Source of the DNA: Candidatus Oxydemutatoraceae bacterium
Lineage (GTDB): Bacteria > Pseudomonadota > Gammaproteobacteria > Poriferisulfidales > Oxydemutatoraceae
Direction: 5' to 3'
Assembly: GCA_965223735.1 (NCBI GenBank)
Contig: OZ245010.1
Coordinates: 916,924-980,923 of the forward strand
Length of the DNA: 64,000 nt
Shown: piece after piece, positions 28,319 to 38,192 of the stretch
Position numbering within the stretch: position 1 is the first letter of the stretch
How the letters are laid out: every line of letters starts with the position of its first letter
The notes under the pieces: model-generated
What the model was told of the DNA's origin: nothing
The model's database searches: none
What the model saw: the letters and a program-made list of their open reading frames with translations, nothing else
Position numbers and translations under genes: made by a program

Positions 28319-29104
28319 ATGGATACCTTTCAGGCGATATCGCTGGCGCTGGTACAGGGAATTACCGAGTTCCTGCCGATATCGAGTTCCGCGCACCTGA
28401 TCCTGCTGCCGACGCTGACAGACTGGGCCGATCAGGGACTCGCATTTGACGTCGCCGTGCACCTCGGCACCCTGTGCGCAGTGATCTTCCATTACCGCGC
28501 CCCGCTGACAGACATGCTGTCCGGCCTGCGCCGGGCGCCGGGGCGGCACAATATATTGACCCTGATCGCGGTCGCGAGCATCCCGGTTCTGGCCGCCGGT
28601 TATGCATTCGAACACGCCATAGAGCAGCACTTGCGCGCGCCGCTGGTGATTGCTTCGGCCACTGTCGGTTTCGGGTTGCTACTGTGGGCTGCCGTCCGGC
28701 GCGAAGCGCGAATGTCTCCGTCGCAAGCAAAACCCCTGACGCTGAAATCGGCTTTGATCATCGGCCTGATGCAGACACTCGCGCTGATACCCGGCACGTC
28801 GCGCGCCGGCATCACGATCACGGCGGGGCTTTTTCTCGGTCTGTCGCGCGAGCAGTCGATCAATTTTTCATTTCTTCTGGCAATCCCGGTCATTCTGCTG
28901 GCGTCGCTGTATGAAGCCGCAAAGATCGGAGCACAACCCGACACCGGCGCGTGGCCACTGCTGATAACAGGTTTCGTCGTATCCGCGGTCGTCGCGCTTG
29001 CGACGATCCGCCTGTTCCTGACGCTGACGGGCAAAGTGGGCCTGATGCCCTTTGTCGTCTATCGCCTGGCGCTGGGCGCGCTCTTATTCGCCCTGTTCCT
29101 GTGA
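28319..29104 (+). CDS. uppP: undecaprenyl-diphosphatase
   Basis: [29 protein letters not shown] plus multiple TM helices. Confidence 0.9.
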   Translation: MDTFQAISLALVQGITEFLPISSSAHLILLPTLTDWADQGLAFDVAVHLGTLCAVIFHYRAPLTDMLSGLRRAPGRHNILTLIAVASIPVLAAGYAFEHAIEQHLRAPLVIASATVGFGLLLWAAVRREARMSPSQAKPLTLKSALIIGLMQTLALIPGTSRAGITITAGLFLGLSREQSINFSFLLAIPVILLASLYEAAKIGAQPDTGAWPLLITGFVVSAVVALATIRLFLTLTGKVGLMPFVVYRLALGALLFALFL

Positions 29105-30226
29105 CAAGGCCTCGAGCCGGGCGCGGCGCACGTCGGCGCCGACGTCGCCGCCGCAGGCCTCGACCACGCGCCTGATATCAAGCCGGCTCACCACGTCAAA
29201 AGCCGAACGAATCTGCAGCAGGCACTGTTGCTTGTCGCCGGCGATCGGAAGATCGCAAAAGCGCCAGGCGTCGAGCAGAACATTCAGCCGCGCGTCGCTC
29301 CTGAACGCATCGGCACGCTCGAAGATATTGAGCAGCGTCTGTGCGTCGAGGCGCTGCACCTTGTCCAGAAATTCCCGGCAAGTCGCCGCGGCAACGGCGA
29401 GCTTCAAATAAAACGACGGCGCGCGCAAATGCCGACACGCGGGAACGAGATCGGCGCCGTAAGCCGCCGCCTGGGTTACGAGCGCGACGAATACGGCCTG
29501 CCCCCGCGACGCACACGACTGCGCGCAGTCGTCGAGCGCGCGGAACACCGCGACGACGGCATCCGGAGATTGCAGCAACAGCTTCAGGCCGGGAGCCGAC
29601 GCAGACGGAACAGACGCCAACGCGCCGATGTCATTCAGCGTTGCAAAAAAGCGCGAAGGCGCAGGCTCGGCGAGCGCTGTCTCACATTCTTTCCAGACGC
29701 GCTCGGCCACCAGCGCCCTGATCTCACCGTTGCTCACCATCTCACTCATCAACGCCATCGTCTCAGGAGCAATCCGAAACCCGAGCGGGTGAAACCTCGC
29801 TGCAAAACGCGCAACCCGAAGAACGCGCACCGGATCTTCGGTAAACGCGGAAGAAACATGGCGCAGCATCCGATCTTTGAGATCGCACCGACCGCCGTAC
29901 GGATCGATCAAATTGCCGGCGGCGTCGCGCGCGATGGCATTGACCGTCAGGTCGCGGCGCTGCAGGTCCTCCTCGATCGACACCTCGGGGCCTGCATGAA
30001 ATTCAAACCCGTGATACCCCGGGCCGGTCTTGCGTTCGGTGCGTGCGAGCGCATACTCCTCTTTCGTATCGGGATGCAGAAATACCGGAAAATGGCGCCC
30101 GACCGGCTTGAACCTCTGTGCACTCATCGCCTCAGGCGTTGTGCCGACCACGACCCAATCGCGTTCGCCGACCGGCAAGCCGAGCAGCTCGTCACGAACC
30201 GCACCGCCTACGAGAAAAGTTTGCAT
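29084..30226 (-). CDS. cca: CCA-adding tRNA nucleotidyltransferase
   Basis: [29 protein letters not shown]-terminus. Confidence 0.8.
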   Translation of the reverse strand: MQTFLVGGAVRDELLGLPVGERDWVVVGTTPEAMSAQRFKPVGRHFPVFLHPDTKEEYALARTERKTGPGYHGFEFHAGPEVSIEEDLQRRDLTVNAIARDAAGNLIDPYGGRCDLKDRMLRHVSSAFTEDPVRVLRVARFAARFHPLGFRIAPETMALMSEMVSNGEIRALVAERVWKECETALAEPAPSRFFATLNDIGALASVPSASAPGLKLLLQSPDAVVAVFRALDDCAQSCASRGQAVFVALVTQAAAYGADLVPACRHLRAPSFYLKLAVAAATCREFLDKVQRLDAQTLLNIFERADAFRSDARLNVLLDAWRFCDLPIAGDKQQCLLQIRSAFDVVSRLDIRRVVEACGGDVGADVRRARLEALSQEQGE

Positions 30227-30393
30227 GAGGAAGAATTCATTTCGAACAATCCGGCAAGTATAGTATCCGGCAATGGTTTATGCTTGGATTGATGATCGAG
30301 ACCATAAACGAGGCTTGTGCCCGAACCGATGAACGGCGCCTGCCGGAAAACGTTTAATATATGCCCCGCCGATCACACAGACTCTGACAGCCC

Positions 30394-31278
30394 GTGAAAT
30401 CATCCACTTTTTCCCGGATCAAGCCCGGCGGCATTGCCGGCGCCCTGGCCGCACTGCTGACCGTCGCGGCGTTTTCCGCCGCCGCCGCAGACAAGATCCT
30501 CGACGACCCCGAATTCAAAAAAGCGGTCGCAGCCTACGCCGAAAACCGTCTCGACGAATCAAAGCGCGGATTCGAGCAGCTCGCGCGGCGTTTTCCGAAT
30601 AATCCGAGTATCCTGAACAACCTCGCGGTGATCGCGGTGAAACAAAATGACATCGAACGCGCGATGAAGCTGCTCAGACGCGCGATTGCGACGGACGCGG
30701 CGATCGACGCCGGTTACCGGAACCTGTCCGCCATTTATGCACGTCTCGCGTCGCAGTCCTACCGCGATGCATTGTCGCTCGAATCCGTGGATCCGCAGCC
30801 GCTGGAGCTCAGCCTGGTCGGCGAAGACGAACGCCCTCCGGATGCACCGGACGCGGAACCCGACGTCGCGGCGCAGGTGGCACAGGCAAAGGAAGTCAAC
30901 GAGCCGATGGTGCGCGACCCCGCCGCACCCGCCCTGTCAGCCCAGAACCGCGACGTCGTATCCGCAATCAAGCGCTGGGCAGGGGCCTGGTCGAGCCGCA
31001 ACATCGACGCTTATTTTGCCAGTTACGCCGACGGATACAGCCCTCCCGATCTCGCGCATCGCGATTGGAAAAGACAACGCACGGAACGCGTGACGGCACC
31101 GCAACACATCGAGGTCAATCTTTCCGAGATCCGTGTGCGCATGAACGGCGAAAACGACACACAGGCAACATTCAGGCAACGCTACCGCTCAAACCTGATG
31201 AAGAGTTCCGTCATCAAGCAACTGCGCATGAAGAGAATAAACAATGAATGGAAGATCGTTGCGGAACGGGTCATTTAA
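30394..31278 (+). CDS. secreted TPR-containing protein with C-terminal NTF2/SnoaL-like domain
   Basis: Signal peptide, TPR-like helices, and a C-terminal ..WAGAWSSRNIDAYFASY.. domain also present at the end of the next gene. Confidence 0.35.
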   Translation: MKSSTFSRIKPGGIAGALAALLTVAAFSAAAADKILDDPEFKKAVAAYAENRLDESKRGFEQLARRFPNNPSILNNLAVIAVKQNDIERAMKLLRRAIATDAAIDAGYRNLSAIYARLASQSYRDALSLESVDPQPLELSLVGEDERPPDAPDAEPDVAAQVAQAKEVNEPMVRDPAAPALSAQNRDVVSAIKRWAGAWSSRNIDAYFASYADGYSPPDLAHRDWKRQRTERVTAPQHIEVNLSEIRVRMNGENDTQATFRQRYRSNLMKSSVIKQLRMKRINNEWKIVAERVI

Positions 31279-32488
31279 GCGCGCCGCCGCAACCTCGGCG
31301 CTGACAGCTGTGCTGCTTGCGGGTATGCCGCTTGCGGATGACGCCGCCGGAGAAACGCAGGTGAGCCCGACGAGCGCCGACGGAACAAGGCCCGAAGCCG
31401 TCGAAAAAACAATGCGCCAGGGACTCAGCGCATTGATCGACGACCACGCCGCACTGTCCTTGAAACATACCAGGTCATTGCTGAAGCGACAGCCCAATTT
31501 TCAACTGGGGCAACTGATCCACGCCGACCTGCTCGCCGCGCGCGCGCACCAGAACACGCTGATGGCGACGTCCGGCGCCTTGAAAAAAACGCGCATCAGA
31601 GGGCTGATTGAAGAAGCGCAGGCAAGAGCGCATTACCGTGAGCCGCCGGACGAGCACCTGCCCGGCGCCATCATGCAATTGTCGCAGTTACATCGACACG
31701 CGCTGATCGTGGATGCGGAGAACTCGCGCCTTTATCTGCTTGAAAATAAAAACGGCGTACCCGAACCGGCGGCCGACTATTACATTTCAACCGGCAACGG
31801 CGGCGTCGGCAAAACCAGCGAGGGCGACGAAAAAACGCCGCTCGGCGTTTATCACCCGACTTTGCGCCTGAACGACAGCGAACTGCCCGAACTGTACGGC
31901 GTGGGCGCGTACCCCCTCAACTACCCGAACAAGTGGGACCAACTGAACCAACGCGACGGTTCCGGCATCTGGCTGCACGGCACGCCGCGCAAGGTGTACA
32001 GTCGGCCGCCAAAAGACAGCCGCGGCTGCATCGTGCTCAGCAACCGACTGCTCACCAGCCTCTCCTCCTATATAGAAGTCGGACGCACGCCAGTCATCCT
32101 CACGCGCAAGATCGAGTGGCTGAAACCCGACGCATGGCAGGCAAAGCGCGGGCAACTGCTGGATGCGATACAGCAATGGCAACGGGACTGGCAGAGTCTT
32201 GACGTCGAGCAATACCTTGCTCACTACTCACGCAACTACCGAACTTCCAAGCAGAACTACGAGCAGATGACGGCCGTCACACGGCGCAACGCCGCAAAAA
32301 AAACCTTCGTCAAGGTCGGCATCAAAGACCTCGACCTGTTTGATTACCCGGAAGAAACCGGCATTGTCGTCGCTGCATTTGATCAGGACTACCGCAGCAA
32401 CAACTACAACATCCACTACCGCAAACAGCAATTCTGGAAATACGAAAACGACCGCTGGATGATTATTTTTGAGGGCCGCGCAGGCTGA
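31244..32488 (+). CDS. L,D-transpeptidase (YkuD) family protein
   Basis: GIWLHGTP and SRGCIVLSN (the catalytic His/Cys pair of the YkuD fold), with a signal peptide. Confidence 0.6.
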   Translation: MNGRSLRNGSFKRAAATSALTAVLLAGMPLADDAAGETQVSPTSADGTRPEAVEKTMRQGLSALIDDHAALSLKHTRSLLKRQPNFQLGQLIHADLLAARAHQNTLMATSGALKKTRIRGLIEEAQARAHYREPPDEHLPGAIMQLSQLHRHALIVDAENSRLYLLENKNGVPEPAADYYISTGNGGVGKTSEGDEKTPLGVYHPTLRLNDSELPELYGVGAYPLNYPNKWDQLNQRDGSGIWLHGTPRKVYSRPPKDSRGCIVLSNRLLTSLSSYIEVGRTPVILTRKIEWLKPDAWQAKRGQLLDAIQQWQRDWQSLDVEQYLAHYSRNYRTSKQNYEQMTAVTRRNAAKKTFVKVGIKDLDLFDYPEETGIVVAAFDQDYRSNNYNIHYRKQQFWKYENDRWMIIFEGRAG

Positions 32489-32546
32489 AACAGGCGAGCG
32501 GCACACCGCGCGAACGGGGTTCAGCACAACCGACAGGCACGGCAGA

Positions 32547-33437
32547 TCAGGGCGACGGCACGCGCGAACGGATGTTCAGGCGCAACCACCTGACCAGGTC
32601 AACCCAGATCCGGCGCAATTCGGCGTCGGACGGCATATAGCGCGAAGACGCCAACTCGATCGTCAGCACCGGAATGTTGAGTTCCTCGCCAGCGTAGCGC
32701 CCGAGCGAACCCGGGAAACTGCCGATGTCGCCAAGTTTGAGTGAGCCGAGGTGAGCGGGCGGCGTGATCTCTTTGGGGCCGTCATAGTCGATGATGTTGT
32801 ACGGCGCGTGCACGGACACAATCACGTCGGGCTTGAACTCGTCTATCTCAGCGGCCAGCCATTGCGTCTCCTTCTCGCTCAGCGGCGATTTCCCCGGGTA
32901 GCGCCGCGGATTACCGCCGGTCTCCTTCTCCCAGTAGAGCATCGCAGCCTTCCGCCAGTCGCCCGCGGTCTTCATGTTGCGGTTCAGATCAACCCCGTTA
33001 TGGTTGACCCGCACCGCCGGGGCTTCAAGCAGGCCGTCGAGGTTCAGCGCCGGCGCGATGCGCCAGTGGAACAGTCCCGAGTGATGGATGTTCAGTATCT
33101 TCATCCACTTCAGCGTGACACTGAACGAAGCATATTCATCGCCGTGCGTGCCACCGATCAGAAGCACCCGCGCATTCGACTTCCTGTCGCCCAACGGCGG
33201 GTATTCCTTGTACAGGATAGAACGCCCCAGTACGGTATAAACGCCGGTCTCGACAAGCCCCAGCGACTGGCATTCCTCAATGCTGACCGAAGTCAACTTG
33301 GCGCCGATCAGTGCACAGGTTTGCCCGACACCGGGCGAACGGGCATCTCGTTCGGGGCCGGGCGCAGCAGTGGAAATGGACGCCGCCAACGCCAGCGTCG
33401 CCAAAACCGACCCGGAAAAATGTGCGTTCGCCGCCAT
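32547..33437 (-). CDS. M14-like zinc carboxypeptidase / succinylglutamate desuccinylase-aspartoacylase family protein (secreted)
   Basis: LIGGTHGDEYAS zinc-binding motif and a signal peptide. Confidence 0.5.
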   Translation of the reverse strand: MAANAHFSGSVLATLALAASISTAAPGPERDARSPGVGQTCALIGAKLTSVSIEECQSLGLVETGVYTVLGRSILYKEYPPLGDRKSNARVLLIGGTHGDEYASFSVTLKWMKILNIHHSGLFHWRIAPALNLDGLLEAPAVRVNHNGVDLNRNMKTAGDWRKAAMLYWEKETGGNPRRYPGKSPLSEKETQWLAAEIDEFKPDVIVSVHAPYNIIDYDGPKEITPPAHLGSLKLGDIGSFPGSLGRYAGEELNIPVLTIELASSRYMPSDAELRRIWVDLVRWLRLNIRSRVPSP

Positions 33438-33571
33438 ATGCCCTTCGCCAATCGCCCCGTCGTGATATACCGCCGATTGATATGGATTATACTAGGCGGA
33501 CGCCAAACGGCGCTCATTCCAATAGTGACCGGATTTTCACATCAACCTCTTTAACACAGGAGCAAACGCAA

Positions 33572-33898
33572 TTGAGCGACCATATAATCAACGTAACCGA
33601 CGAAGACTTTGATCAGCAGGTTTTGCAATCGGAGCTGCCGGTGCTGGTGGACTTCTGGGCCGAATGGTGCGGACCTTGCAAAATGATCACGCCGATCATC
33701 GAGGAAATCGCGCCCGACTACAAAGACCGGATCAAGATGACAAAACTGAACGTCGATGACAACAGAAAAAGTGCCGAACAACACGGCATCCGCGGCATAC
33801 CGACCCTGATCATATACAAAAACGGCAACGTCGAAGCCACCCACGTCGGGGCGCTGAACCGGTCGCAACTTGTTGCTTTCATAGACCAAAATATCTGA
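33572..33898 (+). CDS. trxA: thioredoxin
   Basis: FWAEWCGPCKMI active site. TTG start preceded by aggag. Confidence 0.9.
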   Translation: MSDHIINVTDEDFDQQVLQSELPVLVDFWAEWCGPCKMITPIIEEIAPDYKDRIKMTKLNVDDNRKSAEQHGIRGIPTLIIYKNGNVEATHVGALNRSQLVAFIDQNI

Positions 33899-34112
33899 AC
33901 CCGGAGAAGTCCCGGCGGGGTGATCTTCAGGCGATCGCCATTTTGCCGGGAACCGTGTTATACTGGAGAAATTACGCGCCCGACTGATACTTATAGTCGC
34001 TTTGAACGTCTGAGGCGCATTCCCCCGAACAAAACCGAATACCGGATCGGACCTGATTTCCGATCCTTGGCTTAAAAACCCGATCCATTCCCTTACACCA
34101 ACAACGGCAGTC

Positions 34113-35378
34113 ATGCAAGTGAACCTGACAGAACTCAAAAGAAAACCGGCGCCCGAATTGCTCACAATGGCCGAATCAATGGGCATAGAAAATGTCGCGC
34201 GCGCGCGACGCCAGGACATTATCTTTTCGATCCTCAAAGTCAAAGCGAAAAGCCGCGAAGACATCATCGGCGAAGGCATTCTCGAAATCCTGCAAGACGG
34301 CTTCGGCTTTCTGCGCTCCTCGGACTGCTCGTACCTCGCGGGTCCCGACGACATTTACATGTCGCCAAGCCAGATACGCCGGTTCGGCCTGCGCACCGGC
34401 GACACGATCTCAGGCAAAGTGCGTCCCCCCAAGGAAGGCGAACGCTACTTCGCGATGCTCAAAGTCGAACAGATCAACTACGAGTCGCCGGAGCAGGCGA
34501 GAAACAAAATCCTGTTTGAAAACCTGACGCCGCTGCACGCGGAAGAGCGGCTGAAACTGGAACGCGGCAACGGCAGTTCCGAGGACATCACCGCACGCAT
34601 CATGGACATCATCGCCCCGATCGGCAAAGGGCAACGCGGCCTGATCGTATCGCCGCCGAAGGCCGGCAAGACCATCATGCTGCAGAACATCGCACAGAGC
34701 ATCACGGCGAACCACCCCGAATGTTACCTGATGGTGCTGCTGATAGACGAAAGGCCCGAAGAAGTGACCGAAATGGAACGCATGGTGCAGGGTGAAGTGA
34801 TATCAAGCACCTTTGACGAACCGGCGACACGCCACGTGCAGGTCGCCGACATGGCGATCGAAAAAGCCAAGCGCCTGGTCGAACACAAGCGCGACGTCGT
34901 CATTCTGCTCGATTCAATCACGCGGCTTGCGCGCGCCTACAACACCGTCGCACCGTCGTCGGGCAAAGTTCTGACCGGCGGTGTCGATGCCAACGCACTG
35001 CATCGTCCCAAAAGATTTTTCGGCGCAGCACGCAACGTCGAGGAAGGCGGCAGCCTGACGATCCTCGCGACCGCGCTGATAGACACCGGCTCCAAGATGG
35101 ACGAAGTCATCTACGAAGAATTCAAGGGCACCGGCAATATGGAAGTCCACCTCGACCGGCGCATCTCCGAACGACGCATCTACCCGGCGATCAACATCAA
35201 CCGCTCCGGCACGCGACGTGAAGAACTGCTGATAGAACCGGCTGAACTTCAGAAACTGTGGGTGCTCAGGAAAGTCCTACACCAGATGGACGACCTCGAA
35301 GCGGTAGAACTCCTGCTCGGGAGAATGCAAGCCTCAAAGACCAACGATGAGTTTTTTGAGGCGATGAAGCGTGCTTAG
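34113..35378 (+). CDS. rho: transcription termination factor Rho
   Basis: MQVNLTELK...[10 protein letters not shown]-terminus, RNA-binding and ATPase domains. 421 aa. Confidence 0.95.
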   Translation: MQVNLTELKRKPAPELLTMAESMGIENVARARRQDIIFSILKVKAKSREDIIGEGILEILQDGFGFLRSSDCSYLAGPDDIYMSPSQIRRFGLRTGDTISGKVRPPKEGERYFAMLKVEQINYESPEQARNKILFENLTPLHAEERLKLERGNGSSEDITARIMDIIAPIGKGQRGLIVSPPKAGKTIMLQNIAQSITANHPECYLMVLLIDERPEEVTEMERMVQGEVISSTFDEPATRHVQVADMAIEKAKRLVEHKRDVVILLDSITRLARAYNTVAPSSGKVLTGGVDANALHRPKRFFGAARNVEEGGSLTILATALIDTGSKMDEVIYEEFKGTGNMEVHLDRRISERRIYPAININRSGTRREELLIEPAELQKLWVLRKVLHQMDDLEAVELLLGRMQASKTNDEFFEAMKRA

Positions 35379-35495
35379 TCGAGCGTGCGGCCGTTATTGC
35401 GGCGAAAGCAACAGCAGACAGAACCACAACGATGGGGCAGATGAATCACCCTCTTTCATAGACGGGTGATGCCGCCGGAGCGGGAGAAGAAATGA

Positions 35496-38024
35496 TCACG
35501 CTGCATCAGCCTGATCCTGTCGTATCAGTCTTTCGAATTCCTTCCGGAAGTTGTCCTGAAACAGCATGCTTAAAGACATGCGGTGTTTTTTCCGCTTACT
35601 GCCGGAAAACTTCAAGGTGCCGTATTCCACCGCGTGCGGTTCCGCCGTTTCCAACACTTCGAACAGCTTCTTCTTGTATTCGGTATCGGCATTGCCGGCC
35701 AATTGCAGTCCCTTTGTCTCGATTGCCAGAACGCGCCGGGTATTGCCGTTCCCTCGCTCCACGCAAACGACGAAGTCGGGATATATACGGTTGCGCTTCC
35801 AACCCTGAAGACCGTAATCCTGCCTCGCGGCGAAGCGATGCCACCATGCAACGGCATTGTAACCATCCAGATAAATGGCAAAGTCTTTTTCCAGACCATT
35901 GAATTCCCTGGCATATACCTTTTCGTACAGGGATTTCTCCAAAGGATTCCCATGTTGGCCGAAGAGCGGTAACTGATCTTTTTCCACCAACTTCCTCAAT
36001 TTCTGCTCAAACTCAAACTCGCTCTCGTCGGCGACCAATTCAAACCGGATATCGTGGTTCCGCAACTTGCGGTGAAATATGGTTTGTGCTTCACACTCAA
36101 CAAGTTCAGCCAAGCGCCGTTTCAGGATCTCGGAAAGGTGGTAGCGGCGGTCGAAAATATCGTCTTCCGTACGCCCCTGACCGCGAAGTGAATCCAGCGT
36201 CTTCCCCACGGCCTGTCCCGCCAAAAACGGATTCGGCAAAGTCTCGTAAATACGGCGGCTGAAAAACTCCACAGTGAGCACCTTCTCCACCTCCAGTTTC
36301 TCTTCATCGGTATCGTAGTCAAACCCTGGCAGATCGACGAGAGCGGTGATCTCTCGAATTTCATCTATTGCGGAATAATTCACATCCAACGGCGCCTCCG
36401 CAATCGCGTTCCAGTCAACTCCGCCCAAGATATCGTTTTCATAGTCCAGCGGCCGATAACGCCTGCCGGCGCGATGCAGTACTTGCGGCAGAAAAATCCG
36501 CATGTCGCGGAACCGCTCTCGCCTACGGCTGACGATCAATTGGCTGCCGTCGCCGTTTTGGTTTCTGCCCGACCCGCCACGGATAAATTCAGCCAAGTCG
36601 CTCATGCCTTCCTGTTCCAGCCCCCGCTTGACGTCAACTATTGCCTCCCCGACGTCGCGGTCAAAGCAATAGATATACGACTCATCGAGCTTCGCCCGTC
36701 CGGTCAGCTCCGCATCGGGTTGCCGAAGAACACGCCCGGTCATTTGCGTCAGGGCACGGGTCGTGCTGGTGGAATCGAGCAACGTAAGCACGTAGGCAAA
36801 AGGGCAATCCCACCCTTCGCGCAGCGCGTCCTTCGTCAGGATATAACGGACGGAGGAATAAGGCGAAAGCAGATCCTCATCGGCGATCTCGTCTTTTTCC
36901 GCCGTTTTTCGCCGGATGTGGTTTTCGGGCACCCGCAATTGTCTCATCAGGTAGTCGCGCACGTCCTCGGCATGAATATGTTGGCCATCTCGCTGATCGC
37001 GCCCGACGCGCTCCACGCAGACCAGCATGATCGGACGGATGTAGCGCCCGCTCTCCCCCATCAATTTGCGCGCTTCCTGCTCCAGGCGGCCCAGCCGCTC
37101 CTTGGCCTTGGAGAGCGTGTACTTCCAGTCGGCTTTCTCGAAGTTGTGTATGTTCAGCGGCAACTTGATCATCTCCTCACGCTTCAACGCCGCGCCGCCA
37201 ACGTCCACCAGAATGTTGCTGACACTCGCTTCTGGGGTTGCGGAAAGTTCCAATATGAAACGCGGGTTGAGCTCGTTGAGGCGCGCGCGGCGGTTCTCGG
37301 TATAGGTGTTGTGCGCTTCATCCAGAACGATGATAGGACGGGCTATTTTAAGCACGTTGAACAAGCTGTGCTTGACTGACCCCGGCTTGCCGTCAACGAT
37401 GTCGGTGACTTTCAAATCGGGGTGTTGCTTGATCAATTCATCATTTGCCGACTTGTCGTCTGGCTCTGGAAAAAACGAAGGATAGTGTCCGGTATCCCGA
37501 AAGATCTTAAGAAAGTTCTGGTCTTTCCTATCAGCCGCCTGCAACATGACCGGCATCACGCACAGATGATTTTCCACGTCGGCGAGCGAGAACGGATCAG
37601 TCTTTCTCAACAACTTGACCCTTCCACCACAGGCGCGTTCAAGCGATTGGCGGTAGGGATGCAGGCGATGTGCAAGCGCGCGCCAGGTCTGCCGGAAAAT
37701 AGCGCGCGACGGCGTGATCCAGAGCACCAGCCCGGCAGCCGGCTTCATCCGTTCAATGGCGGCCGCCCCCAATAAGGTCTTGCCGCCGCCGGTCGGTAAC
37801 TTCATGCAAACGTGGGGAATTATCCGGCCATGTTCGTCTTGCCGCCTGACATAAGGGGACGGCGACAAAGCGCCGCTCTTATCTTTGACATGAGGCAAAA
37901 GACCGCGCCGCCCCAGCTCTTCCCAAGTCTTTGCAAAATAATCCCGATCGCTCTCGCCGATAGGCAGGTCGGCGTCCTCCAATGCTTTGATGCGTTTTTT
38001 TGCCTCGTCCTTCTGTTTTTTCAA
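35496..38024 (-). CDS. SF2 helicase (Type III restriction Res-like) with C-terminal PD-(D/E)xK nuclease domain
   Basis: Motif I LPTGGGKT, motif II VLDEAHN, motif III SATP. C-terminal YPDFVV...LAIETKG (PD...ExK). 842 aa, co-directional and immediately downstream of the RT gene. Confidence 0.65.
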   Translation of the reverse strand: MKKQKDEAKKRIKALEDADLPIGESDRDYFAKTWEELGRRGLLPHVKDKSGALSPSPYVRRQDEHGRIIPHVCMKLPTGGGKTLLGAAAIERMKPAAGLVLWITPSRAIFRQTWRALAHRLHPYRQSLERACGGRVKLLRKTDPFSLADVENHLCVMPVMLQAADRKDQNFLKIFRDTGHYPSFFPEPDDKSANDELIKQHPDLKVTDIVDGKPGSVKHSLFNVLKIARPIIVLDEAHNTYTENRRARLNELNPRFILELSATPEASVSNILVDVGGAALKREEMIKLPLNIHNFEKADWKYTLSKAKERLGRLEQEARKLMGESGRYIRPIMLVCVERVGRDQRDGQHIHAEDVRDYLMRQLRVPENHIRRKTAEKDEIADEDLLSPYSSVRYILTKDALREGWDCPFAYVLTLLDSTSTTRALTQMTGRVLRQPDAELTGRAKLDESYIYCFDRDVGEAIVDVKRGLEQEGMSDLAEFIRGGSGRNQNGDGSQLIVSRRRERFRDMRIFLPQVLHRAGRRYRPLDYENDILGGVDWNAIAEAPLDVNYSAIDEIREITALVDLPGFDYDTDEEKLEVEKVLTVEFFSRRIYETLPNPFLAGQAVGKTLDSLRGQGRTEDDIFDRRYHLSEILKRRLAELVECEAQTIFHRKLRNHDIRFELVADESEFEFEQKLRKLVEKDQLPLFGQHGNPLEKSLYEKVYAREFNGLEKDFAIYLDGYNAVAWWHRFAARQDYGLQGWKRNRIYPDFVVCVERGNGNTRRVLAIETKGLQLAGNADTEYKKKLFEVLETAEPHAVEYGTLKFSGSKRKKHRMSLSMLFQDNFRKEFERLIRQDQADAA

Positions 38025-38192
38025 CTCGGAAAGACAACTTTCAAATGTTTCGAGGGCCTGTTCCTGAAACTCCTTGGGCGCACCGCTCAGTCTCCAAAAA
38101 GACGGTGGATGGCATAGGGCAACTGGCAGAAGGTCACTGATATGCGAGATGGATACGGACTTTTGTTCGGCAGCTTTTGGGTAGGTGGCTAC

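Noticed and set aside
33311-33898. Long 195-aa version of the thioredoxin ORF
   Set aside because: Only the last 108 codons are thioredoxin. They begin at a TTG with a good Shine-Dalgarno. The upstream part overlaps the convergent peptidase gene region and has no thioredoxin-like or other motif.
35566-35972. Several 80-130-aa ORFs on the plus strand
   Set aside because: Antisense to the helicase-nuclease gene with no independent support.
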